DNA of 64,000 nt from an uncultured Trueperaceae bacterium (GTDB lineage Bacteria; Deinococcota; Deinococci; Deinococcales; Trueperaceae): assembly GCA_963727505.1 (NCBI GenBank), contig CAVSGP010000014.1, forward strand, positions 1 to 64,000, written 5' to 3'. Made by a program: the position numbers and the translations under genes. Shown here in pieces: positions 19,409-30,476 of this stretch (positions are counted from its first letter, which is position 1; the number at the start of each line of letters is the position of its first letter). The notes beneath the pieces were generated by a model. It had not been told where the DNA came from. It searched no databases and saw nothing but the letters and a program-made list of their open reading frames with translations.

Positions 19409-21298
19409 ATGAAGTACATCGTCGAGGTGCGCGAGCCCGTTCCGAGCAACCTGGACGAGATCGCGGCCAAGGTGGCCGCGTCCTTCCACATCAGCGACGA
19501 CAAGGCGCTGTCCCTGCTCCGGCGTGCGCCGGGTGCTGTCACGCGTGCCGTGAGCGAGCGCGAGGCGGACGTCGTGGCGGGAATCTTCGAGCGCGCCGGG
19601 CTCAACGTCGTCAAGCGTCCGGCCGAGGAGGCGCCGCCGGCGCCTCCAAGCGAGCCTGACGCCGCCGAGCCCCCCGTTGGGGAGCCCGGTGCTGGTGAGC
19701 CCGGTGCTGGTGAGTACGGTGCTGGTGAGTACGGTGCTGGCGAGCCCGGTGTATACGAGCCCGGAGCGGGCGAGGCCATGGCGGGCGAGTCCGCGTACGA
19801 CGAGTCCGCGTACGACGAGCCCGCGTACGACGAGCCCGGTTCGGAGGCCGCGGCGCACGAGGACGACGTTTGGAACCGGCCCCTGGACGCCGGCACGGAG
19901 GAGCCCGTCGACGCCTTCTCGCGCCGCGACGGGCTGGCGGAGGGGACCGACCTGGGATGGGGGGCGGCCGATGACGCCGCTGCCTCCGACGGCGATCGCT
20001 TCGAAGCCGGTGACGGTTTCGACGAAGGGGCGAACCTCGATGGAGTGGAGCTCGGCGGGGCGGATCTCGGCGACGAGCCGGTCTCCGACATGTCCGCCGA
20101 CATGTCCGCAGAGACGGTTGCCGATCTGGGGGGCCGGGCTGACGGTGACGACGTCATCGAGCTCGAGGACGACGTGGGCGCGGAGATGCCGGGCGCCTTG
20201 GACGCCGAAGCGGAAGGCGCGGCCGCGGACTCGCCGGGATCCCGCGCCCGGCAACGCTGGGCCGATGAGGGGGGCGCGCTCGGCCCCGAGATGGGCGCCG
20301 CCGCATCTGCAGCCGCTGCCGCGGGCGCCGGGGACGCTGCTGTGGGACGCCCGTCGCAGACCCCCGAGACGATGCGAAGCTCGCGCACGCCCGAGACCGT
20401 GCGTCGCTCGCAGACGCCGGAGACGGTGCGTAGCACGCTCACCCGTACGCCGGCCACGCTGGAGCGCGGCGGCCTGAGGCGCCGGGTGGCTCTGAGCAGC
20501 ATCCTTCCCGCGCTCCTCACGCTGGTGGTGATGGGCGTGGCCATGCTCGTCACCACGATCCCGTTGCTGCGTGCTCAGCAGGCGGCTCGGGCGGCCGACG
20601 CGGCGCACGCCGAGGCGAGCACCCTGGAAGCGCTCACGGGCGGGATGCCGCTCGATTCGCAGACACTCCAGACCGCGCTGGTCGACCTGGCACGGCGCTC
20701 GGAAGCGGTGCTCGGCGGCGGCGGTGTGCGATTGATGGTCGTCACCGACGCCACCGGTGCGCCACTCGCGGGCTGGTACGGGCCCGCCACGACGCCGGCG
20801 GCGATGCCGCCCGACGTACGCCAGCAGGTGAGCGGCAAGGCGCTCTCGGCCGTGGCCGGACAGGTGCAGAGTAGTGAGGGCCTGGCTAAGAGCCTGCAGG
20901 CCACCTTGAAGACGACGTTCGCGATGCTGGGCCTGGGAGTCGCCGGCGACGTGTACGGTTCGGCGCCGGTGATGAGCGCGGGACACGCCATCGGCGCGGT
21001 GGTGGTCGGCGTCCAGCCGGTGAGCGCCAGCGCCCTGGTGGGGAACGCCTTCCTCACCACCCTGCTGGTCGGGCTGGTGCCGCTGTTGATCGCGATCCTG
21101 GTGGCCCTGGCGCTGACGCGCGGCCTGCGCTCGCAGGTGAGTTACCTGCTCGGCGCCGCCGATCGCATCAGCCGCGGCGACCTCGAAGAGCCCGTCGGGC
21201 TCGATAGTAACGATGAGCTGGGGCAGCTCGCACGCGCCATCGAACGCATGCGGGTGAGTCTGCAGGAGGGCATGGAGAGGCTGCGAAACAGGCGCTGA
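19409..21298 (+). CDS. Two-TM HAMP-domain sensor-like protein with long acidic repetitive N-terminal region and no output domain
   Basis: TM at about aa 365-385 and 545-570; HAMP LLGAADRISRGDLEEPVGLDSNDELGQLARAIERMRVSL ends near the C-terminus. Confidence 0.8.
   Translation: MKYIVEVREPVPSNLDEIAAKVAASFHISDDKALSLLRRAPGAVTRAVSEREADVVAGIFERAGLNVVKRPAEEAPPAPPSEPDAAEPPVGEPGAGEPGAGEYGAGEYGAGEPGVYEPGAGEAMAGESAYDESAYDEPAYDEPGSEAAAHEDDVWNRPLDAGTEEPVDAFSRRDGLAEGTDLGWGAADDAAASDGDRFEAGDGFDEGANLDGVELGGADLGDEPVSDMSADMSAETVADLGGRADGDDVIELEDDVGAEMPGALDAEAEGAAADSPGSRARQRWADEGGALGPEMGAAASAAAAAGAGDAAVGRPSQTPETMRSSRTPETVRRSQTPETVRSTLTRTPATLERGGLRRRVALSSILPALLTLVVMGVAMLVTTIPLLRAQQAARAADAAHAEASTLEALTGGMPLDSQTLQTALVDLARRSEAVLGGGGVRLMVVTDATGAPLAGWYGPATTPAAMPPDVRQQVSGKALSAVAGQVQSSEGLAKSLQATLKTTFAMLGLGVAGDVYGSAPVMSAGHAIGAVVVGVQPVSASALVGNAFLTTLLVGLVPLLIAILVALALTRGLRSQVSYLLGAADRISRGDLEEPVGLDSNDELGQLARAIERMRVSLQEGMERLRNRR
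19678..19840 (+). repeat. In-frame 15-bp tandem repeats (GEPGA/GEYGA and AYDES/AYDEP pentapeptides)
   Basis: GGTGAGCCCGGTGCT-like and GAGTCCGCGTACGAC-like units in tandem. Confidence 0.9.
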
Positions 21299-21350
21299 TC
21301 CCCGACGGGGGCGCGACACCGCGGAGCGTCGTCATCACCGCAACGAAACC

Positions 21351-21386
21351 TCGTCGCCGCTCGGGATCGCGTCCGAGCGGCGACGA
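21351..21386. terminator. GC-rich hairpin between convergent genes (putative bidirectional terminator)
   Basis: TCGTCGCCGCTCGG-8 nt-CCGAGCGGCGACGA, perfect 14-bp stem. Confidence 0.7.
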
Positions 21387-21409
21387 CGCAGGGAACGGAT
21401 GCTCGGGGC

Positions 21410-22651
21410 TCAGGGCATCGGGTGGGTGCGCGCCAGCGCGCGCACCTCGTCCAGCAGACCTTCCGGCTGGTCGCTACGGAGCGCGCGGTCGATGAGGTCG
21501 GCGACGGTGTCCATCTCCTGCGGTGCGAAGCCGCGGGTCGCCAGCGCCGGTGTGCCGATCCGGATGCCCGAGGTGACCCAGGGCTTCTCCGGATCGAAGG
21601 GGATCATGCTCTTGGAGACGGTGATGCCGGCGGCCTCGAGGCGCTTGCTGGCCGTGTTCCCCGTCATCTCCAGCGGGCGCAGGTCGACCAGGAAGAGGTG
21701 GTTGTCGGTGCCTCCGGACACGATGCGCAGTCCCCGCGAGACCAGCGCCTCCGCCAGGGCGTGGGCATCGTCGAGGACGGTCTGGATGTAGCCCTGGAAG
21801 CTCGGCCGCATGGCCTCGAAGAACGCCACCGCCTTTCCCGCGATGACGTGCTCGAGCGGCCCCCCCTGCGTGCCGGGGAAGATCATGCGATCGATCTTCT
21901 TGCCGACCTCCTGGTCGTTGCCGAACAGGATGCCACTGCGCGGCCCGCGCAGCGTCTTGTGCGTGGTGCTGGTCACGATGTGAGCGTGCTCCACCGGGCT
22001 CGGGTGGTGGCCGGTGGCGACGAGGCCCGCGATGTGGGCGATGTCGGCCATCAGGTAGGCGCCCACCTCGTCGGCGATGGCGCGGAAGCGGGCGAAATCG
22101 AGCACCCGGCTGTAGGCGCTGGCGCCGGCGATGATCAAGCGGGGCCGGTGCTCCAGCGCCAGCTCGCGCACGCGGTCGTAGTCGATGCGCTCGGTGTCGG
22201 GATCGACCGGGTAGCCCACCACCTTGTAGTTGCGCCCGGAGAAGTTGACGGGGGAGCCGTGCGTGAGGTGCCCGCCGTGCGCCAGGTCCATGCCCAGCAC
22301 GGTGTCGCCCGGCTCGAGCAGCGCGAAGTAGACGGCCAGGTTCGCCGACGAACCGGAGTGCGGCTGGACGTTCGCCCAGCGGCAGCCGAACAGCGTCTTC
22401 AGCCGTTCGATCGCCAGGCGCTCGACCTCGTCGATGACCTCGCAGCCGCCGTAGTAGCGCTTGCCGGGATAGCCCTCCGCGTACTTGTTGGTGAGGACCG
22501 ACCCCACCGCCTCCATCACCGCGCGGGAGGTGAAGTTCTCGGAGGCGATGAGTTCGAGCCCGTCACGTTGCCGGTCGAACTCGCGGTCGATGAGGGCGAA
22601 GAGCTCCTCGTCCCGTGTCGAAGCGCCGTCGGTGACCTGCTGGCTCGTCAT
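21410..22651 (-). CDS. glyA: Serine hydroxymethyltransferase
   Basis: [40 protein letters not shown]. Confidence 0.98.
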   Translation of the reverse strand: MTSQQVTDGASTRDEELFALIDREFDRQRDGLELIASENFTSRAVMEAVGSVLTNKYAEGYPGKRYYGGCEVIDEVERLAIERLKTLFGCRWANVQPHSGSSANLAVYFALLEPGDTVLGMDLAHGGHLTHGSPVNFSGRNYKVVGYPVDPDTERIDYDRVRELALEHRPRLIIAGASAYSRVLDFARFRAIADEVGAYLMADIAHIAGLVATGHHPSPVEHAHIVTSTTHKTLRGPRSGILFGNDQEVGKKIDRMIFPGTQGGPLEHVIAGKAVAFFEAMRPSFQGYIQTVLDDAHALAEALVSRGLRIVSGGTDNHLFLVDLRPLEMTGNTASKRLEAAGITVSKSMIPFDPEKPWVTSGIRIGTPALATRGFAPQEMDTVADLIDRALRSDQPEGLLDEVRALARTHPMP

Positions 22652-22717
22652 GCGCGGAGTATACCAGCGGCCCGCGGAAGTTCTCGAGGCGGGCCGGAAT
22701 CGACCCGGTGCGCCGCC

Positions 22718-22936
22718 CTAAAGGTCGGTCTCGTCCTCCGCGGCGGGCTCGGTGGCCTGCGCGGCCGTGCCCCACTCGTCGCGGCGCGTCACGTCGAGCA
22801 TGTAGCTGCGGTAGGCCTTGTCGCGGTACGCCCGGGCTTCGTTCTCGTCGGGTTGCTCGGGCGCTGCCAGGCCGGTGCGCCGCTCGATCTCCTCGAGCGA
22901 CATGCGTTCGAAGTCCTCGAAGCTGAGCTGTTCCAC
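22718..22936 (-). CDS. Small acidic hypothetical protein (72 aa)
   Basis: Strong SD (GGAGGTG) before GTG; GC3-rich codons. Confidence 0.6.
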   Translation of the reverse strand: MEQLSFEDFERMSLEEIERRTGLAAPEQPDENEARAYRDKAYRSYMLDVTRRDEWGTAAQATEPAAEDETDL

Positions 22937-23003
22937 GCTTCACCTCCCCGTGCTTTCCAGGCTAGCAGCGCGGCGGCCCTCGCTCCGTCGGCCGGCCGCC
23001 TGC

Positions 23004-23585
23004 TCAGGTCGAACGATACGTGCGGTGGCGCGTTCCGACGCGCGCCGGCGACGCCGCGCTCAGCAGTGTCGAGAACGCCTCAGCGAAGCGCCGGATATCG
23101 TCCCAGTCCGTGAGCTCCACGTTGCCCCGCAGATCGGCGTCGATGGCGGCCCGGCGCGCCATGGCGCGCACGAAGTGTGCCTTGAAGTACGCGTAGCGGT
23201 CGAAGCGAAGCGCCCCGGCGGCGCTGGCCGCGAGGTCGGGTCTCCAGCCGGTGCGGCTCATGAAGTCGCGCAGATAGCCGTCGGCCTCGGCGCGCTGCAG
23301 CGGGTCGCTGCCGGCGGCGCACAGACAGACCGACAGGAAGGCGCTGGGCAGGTGTTCGAACACGCGCCGGTGGGCGCGGACCGCGCGCATGAGCGCGATG
23401 GGGTGCCGTCCGCGATGCACGCTGGCGGCGATGATCACGCCGTCGGCGCCGCTGGCGCCCGGGAAGGGACTCGAGGGCGCGAGCCGAACCTCATGGCCGT
23501 CGGCCTGCAGCGTCTCGGCCAGGCGCTCCGCGATGCGCTGCGTGTGCCCCTCACGAGAGGCGTGCATGATCAGCACCTTCGCCAT
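23004..23585 (-). CDS. hemG: Flavodoxin-domain protein, HemG-like (menaquinone-dependent protoporphyrinogen oxidase)
   Basis: LIMHASREGHTQRIAE, AASVHRGRH, AFLSVCL, AGALRFDRY, ELTDWDDI. Confidence 0.72.
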   Translation of the reverse strand: MAKVLIMHASREGHTQRIAERLAETLQADGHEVRLAPSSPFPGASGADGVIIAASVHRGRHPIALMRAVRAHRRVFEHLPSAFLSVCLCAAGSDPLQRAEADGYLRDFMSRTGWRPDLAASAAGALRFDRYAYFKAHFVRAMARRAAIDADLRGNVELTDWDDIRRFAEAFSTLLSAASPARVGTRHRTYRST

Positions 23586-23750
23586 GCCGCTCCTGTCGCC
23601 GGAGCCCTTCCCACCACCCCGGGTTCGCGTCGACATCAGCCTGCCCGCGTCCACACCGTCACGCCAGAGGCGCATGTCCCTTGCTGCACGCGGGGCGTTG
23701 GGAGCCTGCGTGCGGGGCTCGCTTCGGACGGCTCAGAGGGTACCTTGCGT

Positions 23751-24713
23751 TCAGAATGCGCTACGTGCCTGTTCGCGGGAAGGCAGCAATTTGTCCAGAG
23801 CGCGCTCGAGCGTGCCCCACTGGTACGTGAAACCCTGCGCCGGCAGGCGCGCCGGCACCACGCGTGCGCTCTGCAACAGCGCCCCCTCCGCCAGGCGTCC
23901 CAGCACCAGCCGCAACACCCAGGCGGGCGCCGGGAACCAGAAGGGTCGGCGCAACCGGCGGGCGGCCGCTCGCCCGAGGTCGCGCTGCCGCACGGCTTCG
24001 GGTGCGACCGCGTTGTAGGCTCCGTCGCACGACGACTCGTCGATCACGTACAGGTAGGCACGCGCCAGGTCGTCGGCGTCGATCCACGGCAACCACTGCG
24101 CGCCGCTGCCGAGGCGTCCGCCGAAGCCCAGCCGGATCGGCATGAGAAGGCGTTGCCAGGCGGGCGCATCCCTTGCCAGCACCACTCCCGTGCGGAGCAC
24201 GCAAAGCCGCGCGCGAGCCGCGCCAGGGGCAGCGGCCGCCTCGGTGGCGATCGCGACCGGGGCGAGCACGAAGCCTTCACCGGGCCCCGCCTCCTCGTTG
24301 AGCTCGTCGTCGCCGCGTTGCCCGTAGTAGCCGGTCGCGGACGCCTGGACCATCACCTCGGGAGGCCGCCGGCAGCGCTGGAGCGCGGTGACCAGGGTGG
24401 TGGCGCTGTCGACGCGGCTGGTCAGAAGGCGGTGCATGTGTGCCGGCCCCAGGCGCCCCGCGGCGAGCGACGAGCCTGCCAGGTTCACCAGCGCGGTCGC
24501 GCCCTCCAGGGTGGAGGTGAGCCGCGACAGCGCCTCCTCGTGCCCGCAGCGGGCCGCGTCGGGTTGCCACGTGGCGGGCTCCGCGCCGGGCGGTTCGGAG
24601 CCGGTGACCTGGCGGGTCAGCACGGTGACGTCGAAGCGTTCGCGGGCCGCCGCGACCAGGTGGCGCCCGACCACGCCGGAGGCGCCTGCGATGACGATGC
24701 GGGGACGGGGCAT
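23751..24713 (-). CDS. TIGR01777/YfcH-family NAD-dependent epimerase-like oxidoreductase
   Basis: AGASGVVG, VNLAG, SRVDSA, ASATGYYG, GGRLGSGAQWLPWI. Confidence 0.88.
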   Translation of the reverse strand: MPRPRIVIAGASGVVGRHLVAAARERFDVTVLTRQVTGSEPPGAEPATWQPDAARCGHEEALSRLTSTLEGATALVNLAGSSLAAGRLGPAHMHRLLTSRVDSATTLVTALQRCRRPPEVMVQASATGYYGQRGDDELNEEAGPGEGFVLAPVAIATEAAAAPGAARARLCVLRTGVVLARDAPAWQRLLMPIRLGFGGRLGSGAQWLPWIDADDLARAYLYVIDESSCDGAYNAVAPEAVRQRDLGRAAARRLRRPFWFPAPAWVLRLVLGRLAEGALLQSARVVPARLPAQGFTYQWGTLERALDKLLPSREQARSAF

Positions 24714-24915
24714 GGCCTCACGCTAGCAGGGGCGTGGTGCCGGCGACCGTGCCGCGAGCGCTTGTGCGCCCCGTTCGGGTGGGCTGAGCGAACCGCCTGG
24801 GCAGGCCGCGGCCCGGCTCGGGACAAATGTCCCGGCTGCGTCGAAGGGGGAGATTCGCTATGCTGGCGCCCAACAACCGTACGTTCGAGCAGGAACCGCG
24901 CCCAGGAGGTGTTGT

Positions 24916-25071
24916 GTGACAGACGACGAGCGAGCCGCTCCGGAGTCCGTGGAGACTTCGGTCGATGGAGAGTACAGGCCCTACGGCGCCCTTTTCGTGA
25001 CGATCGTCCTGGGGGTGGTCATCGTCGGCTTCTGGGCGCTGATGTTCGTGCTGGCGCAGCTCCGGGGCTGA
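24916..25071 (+). CDS. cbaD: ba3-type cytochrome c oxidase subunit IIa (51 aa)
   Basis: Below ORF-track cutoff. AGGAGG, then GTG: MTDDERAAPESVETSVDGEYRPYGALFVTIVLGVVIVGFWALMFVLAQLRG; PxGA...FW...RG pattern of Thermus CbaD. Confidence 0.88.
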   Translation: MTDDERAAPESVETSVDGEYRPYGALFVTIVLGVVIVGFWALMFVLAQLRG

Positions 25072-25075
25072 AAGC

Positions 25076-26059
25076 ATGGACGAGCGCCAACACCAGGTCA
25101 TCGCGCGCTGGGAACGACGCTGGCTCGTCACGGGCATCGTCATGCTGGTGGTCTTCGTCGTGCTGATCGCCTACTCCCTGATCACGCAGGGCGGCCACAT
25201 CGTGCACGGCGGTGGCAAGTTGCCACCCAGCGCCGTCCAGAACGTGCCGTTGTTCGCCACGCCGGGCGTGCGCGAGCTCTCCAACGGGGAATACCAGGTC
25301 GGGGTGGTGGCGCGCGCCTTCGCTTTCAACCCCGCGGACATCGTGCTGCCGGTCGGGGCCAAGACGCGCTTCTACCTCACCAGCGTGGACGTCCTCCACG
25401 GTTACCTGATCCACGGTACCGCCGTGAACATCGAGCTGATCCCCGGTCAGCTCGCCTACTTCGACTTCACCTTCGCCCATCCAGGGACCTTCCACGTGGT
25501 GTGCGACGAGTACTGTGGCATCAACCACCAGAACATGGTGGGCACCATCACCGTGCTGCCCGTGGCGGAATACCGTCAGCGCCAGGCGGCAGGCAACCTG
25601 CCGGGCCACGTTGCCCCAGCCGCGCCGGCTGGGAGCGCCGAAGCCGCGGCCCAGGCCGCGGCCCCGGTCGACGGTCAGCAGGTCTTCGACGCCAATTGTG
25701 CGGCCTGCCATCAGCAGAACGGCCAGGGCCATCCCGGTGCGTTCCCGCCCCTGGCGGGGCACGCCCCCAGCCTGTACCAGGCCGATCGCAGCTACCCCGT
25801 CGACGCGCTCCTCTACGGCCTGCAGGGGCCGATCACGGTGGACGGCAAGGACTACAACAACGCCATGCCCGGCTGGTCGCAGCTCTCCGACGCGCAACTG
25901 GCCGCCGTGGCGGATTACATGATGCGCGCCTGGGGCAACGACGCCGCTCTCGGCGCGGACTACCAGCCCTACGTCGCCAAGGACTTCGCGGACGCGCGCG
26001 CCACCTCCATGAGCGCCGCCGACGTCCACGCGCTGCGCGCCAAGCTGGGGTTGCCGTGA
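25076..26059 (+). CDS. cbaB: ba3-type oxidase subunit II (CuA) fused to a cytochrome c552 domain
   Basis: One N-terminal TM, DVLHG, CDEYCGINHQNM (CuA); Ala/Pro linker; CAACHQQNGQG...AFPPLAGH...LLYGLQG...NAMP. Confidence 0.92.
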   Translation: MDERQHQVIARWERRWLVTGIVMLVVFVVLIAYSLITQGGHIVHGGGKLPPSAVQNVPLFATPGVRELSNGEYQVGVVARAFAFNPADIVLPVGAKTRFYLTSVDVLHGYLIHGTAVNIELIPGQLAYFDFTFAHPGTFHVVCDEYCGINHQNMVGTITVLPVAEYRQRQAAGNLPGHVAPAAPAGSAEAAAQAAAPVDGQQVFDANCAACHQQNGQGHPGAFPPLAGHAPSLYQADRSYPVDALLYGLQGPITVDGKDYNNAMPGWSQLSDAQLAAVADYMMRAWGNDAALGADYQPYVAKDFADARATSMSAADVHALRAKLGLP

Positions 26060-26105
26060 GCCGCGCCGCGAGAACCACCCTGCGCAGGTCCGAAGGGAGC
26101 CCGGC

Positions 26106-27788
<1,683 letters not shown>

Positions 27789-27953
27789 GGGTGCACGCGT
27801 CGGCCTGAACTCCGAGAACGCCGTCCGGTATCCCGGCCCGGTCTACGCAAGGACGTGTGCCGGCTACGAACGCCGGTTCGGCGGCATCATGGTGGATGTG
27901 GGACGCGCCCCGACGCCCTCGGCGCGGGACACGGACCCCGGAGAGGGGGAGCC

Positions 27954-28709
27954 ATGGCTCTCCTCGAAGGCAAGGTAGGACTGGTCACGGGCGCGGCGTC
28001 CGGCATCGGCCGCGCGGTCGCCGAGACGTACGCGCGGGAGGGCGCCAGCGTGCTGGTGTCCGATGTGGACGAAGCCGGAGGTGCGGAGACGGTGGACCTC
28101 ATCCGCTCGGCGGGGGGCGACGCGGTCTTCGAGGTCGCCGACGTCTCCGATCCGGCGGCGGGGGAACGGCTCGTCGCTCGTGCGGTCGAGCACTACGGCG
28201 CGCTCCACATCGCCTGCAACAACGCCGGCATCGGCGGCGCGCAGGCGCCGACGGCGGAGTACCCGGTCGAGGACTGGCGAAGGATCCTCGAGATCAACCT
28301 CTCGGGCGCGTTCTACGGCATGCGCACGCAGATCCCCGCCATGCTCGAGGCGGGGGGCGGTGCGATCGTCAACATGGCTTCGATCCTGGGGCAGGTCGGG
28401 TTCGCGAACTCATCGGGCTACGTCGCGGCCAAGCACGGCCTGGTGGGGCTGACCAAGAACGCCGCCATGGAGTACGCCGCACAAGGCGTGCGGGTCAATG
28501 CGGTCGGTCCCGGATTCATCGACACTCCGCTGCTGGCTCCCCTCAAGGCGGAACCGGCGGTGTACGACCTGCTGGTGTCGCTCCACCCGATCGGCCGTCT
28601 CGGCACGTCGCAGGAGGTCGCCGATCTGGTGGTGTTCCTGTCGAGCGACAAGGCGTCGTTCATCACCGGCGCCTACATGCCGGTGGACGGTGGCTACCTG
28701 ACGCGTTGA
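27954..28709 (+). CDS. Short-chain dehydrogenase/reductase
   Basis: TGAASGIG, NNAGI, YVAAKHG, PIGRLG. Confidence 0.92.
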   Translation: MALLEGKVGLVTGAASGIGRAVAETYAREGASVLVSDVDEAGGAETVDLIRSAGGDAVFEVADVSDPAAGERLVARAVEHYGALHIACNNAGIGGAQAPTAEYPVEDWRRILEINLSGAFYGMRTQIPAMLEAGGGAIVNMASILGQVGFANSSGYVAAKHGLVGLTKNAAMEYAAQGVRVNAVGPGFIDTPLLAPLKAEPAVYDLLVSLHPIGRLGTSQEVADLVVFLSSDKASFITGAYMPVDGGYLTR

Positions 28710-28733
28710 CGGGACGCCCCCTGAAGGCGGACG

Positions 28734-28771
28734 ACGTCGGGCCCGGGTCGACTTCATCCCGGGCCCGACGT
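28734..28771. terminator. Hairpin between convergent genes
   Basis: ACGTCGGGCCCGGG-10 nt-CCCGGGCCCGACGT, perfect 14-bp stem. Confidence 0.7.
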
Positions 28772-28788
28772 ATGTCACGCAGAGGGGC

Positions 28789-30357
28789 TCAGCCCTGATC
28801 GCGCAGCGTGCGCCGCAGGATCTTGCCGGTGGCGTTCATGGGGAGATCGCCGCGGAACTCGACGATGCGCGGGTACTTGTATGCGGCCATCTCATCCTTG
28901 CTCCAGGCGATGAGCTCTTCGGCGGAGACGCTCTGCCCGTCGGCGAGCACCACGAAGGCCTTGATCTCCTCGCCGTGCTCGTCATGGGGGACGCCCACAA
29001 CAGCCGCCAGCGAGACGGCGGGGTGCGTCATCAGGACCTCTTCCACCTCCCGCGGGTAGACGTTGAAGCCGCCGCGCAGGATCATGTCCTTCAGTCTGTC
29101 CACGACGCTGAAGTAGCCGTCGGCATCGACCACGCCGATGTCGCCCGAGTGGAACCAGCCGCCGCGCATCGCCTCGGCGGTGGCGTCGGGGCGCTTGTAG
29201 TAGCCCTTCATGACGTTGTGGCCGCGGATGACGATCTCCCCCGCCTCGCCGACCGGGACGTCCTGGTCGTTCTCGTCCACCACGCGCATCTCGCAGCCGA
29301 AGATGGGTTGCCCGATGGTGCCGGGGCGGCGCTCGCGGTCGGCGTGGTTGAAGCTCGCCACCGGGCTCGTCTCCGACAGGCCGTAGCCCTCCATGATGCC
29401 GATGCCGTAGACCTCCTCGAAGCGCCGCAGGATCTCCACGGGCAGGGCCGCGCCACCGCTCAGCGCGAAGCCGAGGTGGCCGCGCAGGCGCTCCTTCTGG
29501 GCGTCATCGAGCGACGCAGCGGCGTTCAGCAGGGCCCAGTACATGGTGGGAACGCCTGCGAAGACGGTGATGCGGTGCTCGAGCATGATCTTCAGCGCCT
29601 GGCCGGGGTCGAAGCGCGGCAACATGCTGACGCTGCCGCCACCGTAGAACATGCTGTTCATGCCGACGGTCTGGCCGAAGGAGTGGAAGAGCGGCAGCGC
29701 CATCAGGAAGGCGTGCTGCTCCGGGGGCATGGTGGAGTTGCGGACCAGCCCGTTGCTATGGATGGCGTTCATCACCATGTTGAGCTGGCTGAGCTCCGCG
29801 CCCTTGGGCTGCCCGGTAGTCCCGGAGGTGTAGAGGATGACCGCGGTGTCGAGCGCGCCGCCCGGGTGGATGTCGGTGAGCGGCTCCTGGCCGGTGAGGA
29901 TGTCGCCGAGGGTGGTTGCGCCGTCGACGGGGGCGGGTGCCTTGGGGTCGGAGGTCATCACCACCAGGTGTCGGCAAGCGGGGCTGTCCTCGAACGCCTG
30001 CGCCCCCTCGCGGGCCATGGGCAACTCGGGGGTGCCCTCGAACACGAAGTAGGCGGCCGCGTCGCTGTCGCGCAGGTGGTAGGCGATCTCGCGCGCCTTC
30101 AGCAGCACGTTGAGCGGCACCACCACGCACCCGGCCTTGAGGATGCCGTAGTACACGACCGGAAAGAACGGCAGGTTGGGGCAGGAGAGCGCCACCTTCT
30201 CGCCGGGCTCGACGCCGTTGGCGCGCAGGTAGCCGGCCACCCGGTCGCTCATGGCGTCCAGGGTGCCGTAATCGAGCGTGGTGTCGCCCATCCTCACCGC
30301 CACCCGTTCGGGGTAGTGGAGGGCGTGTTCGCGGACGAAGCGGCCGAGGTTCAGCAT
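28789..30357 (-). CDS. Long-chain fatty acid--CoA ligase
   Basis: YTSGTTGQPKG, EGYGLSET, FHSGD, RGGFNVYPREVE, GKIL. Confidence 0.92.
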   Translation of the reverse strand: MLNLGRFVREHALHYPERVAVRMGDTTLDYGTLDAMSDRVAGYLRANGVEPGEKVALSCPNLPFFPVVYYGILKAGCVVVPLNVLLKAREIAYHLRDSDAAAYFVFEGTPELPMAREGAQAFEDSPACRHLVVMTSDPKAPAPVDGATTLGDILTGQEPLTDIHPGGALDTAVILYTSGTTGQPKGAELSQLNMVMNAIHSNGLVRNSTMPPEQHAFLMALPLFHSFGQTVGMNSMFYGGGSVSMLPRFDPGQALKIMLEHRITVFAGVPTMYWALLNAAASLDDAQKERLRGHLGFALSGGAALPVEILRRFEEVYGIGIMEGYGLSETSPVASFNHADRERRPGTIGQPIFGCEMRVVDENDQDVPVGEAGEIVIRGHNVMKGYYKRPDATAEAMRGGWFHSGDIGVVDADGYFSVVDRLKDMILRGGFNVYPREVEEVLMTHPAVSLAAVVGVPHDEHGEEIKAFVVLADGQSVSAEELIAWSKDEMAAYKYPRIVEFRGDLPMNATGKILRRTLRDQG

Positions 30358-30476
30358 GCTCTTCCCTTCCGGAGGCCGAGTTGTGGTTGCCGCTCACGAT
30401 AGCAGAGGGTGTGCCCCTGCCCCGGCCTGCCCCGCGCAGAGGAAGGACACGCGTCGCCGGCGCGCGCCGCGTGGCC

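Noticed and set aside
19678..20432. Possible CRISPR or mobile repeat inside the HAMP gene
   Set aside because: Repeats are in-frame peptide repeats without spacers or terminal inverted repeats.
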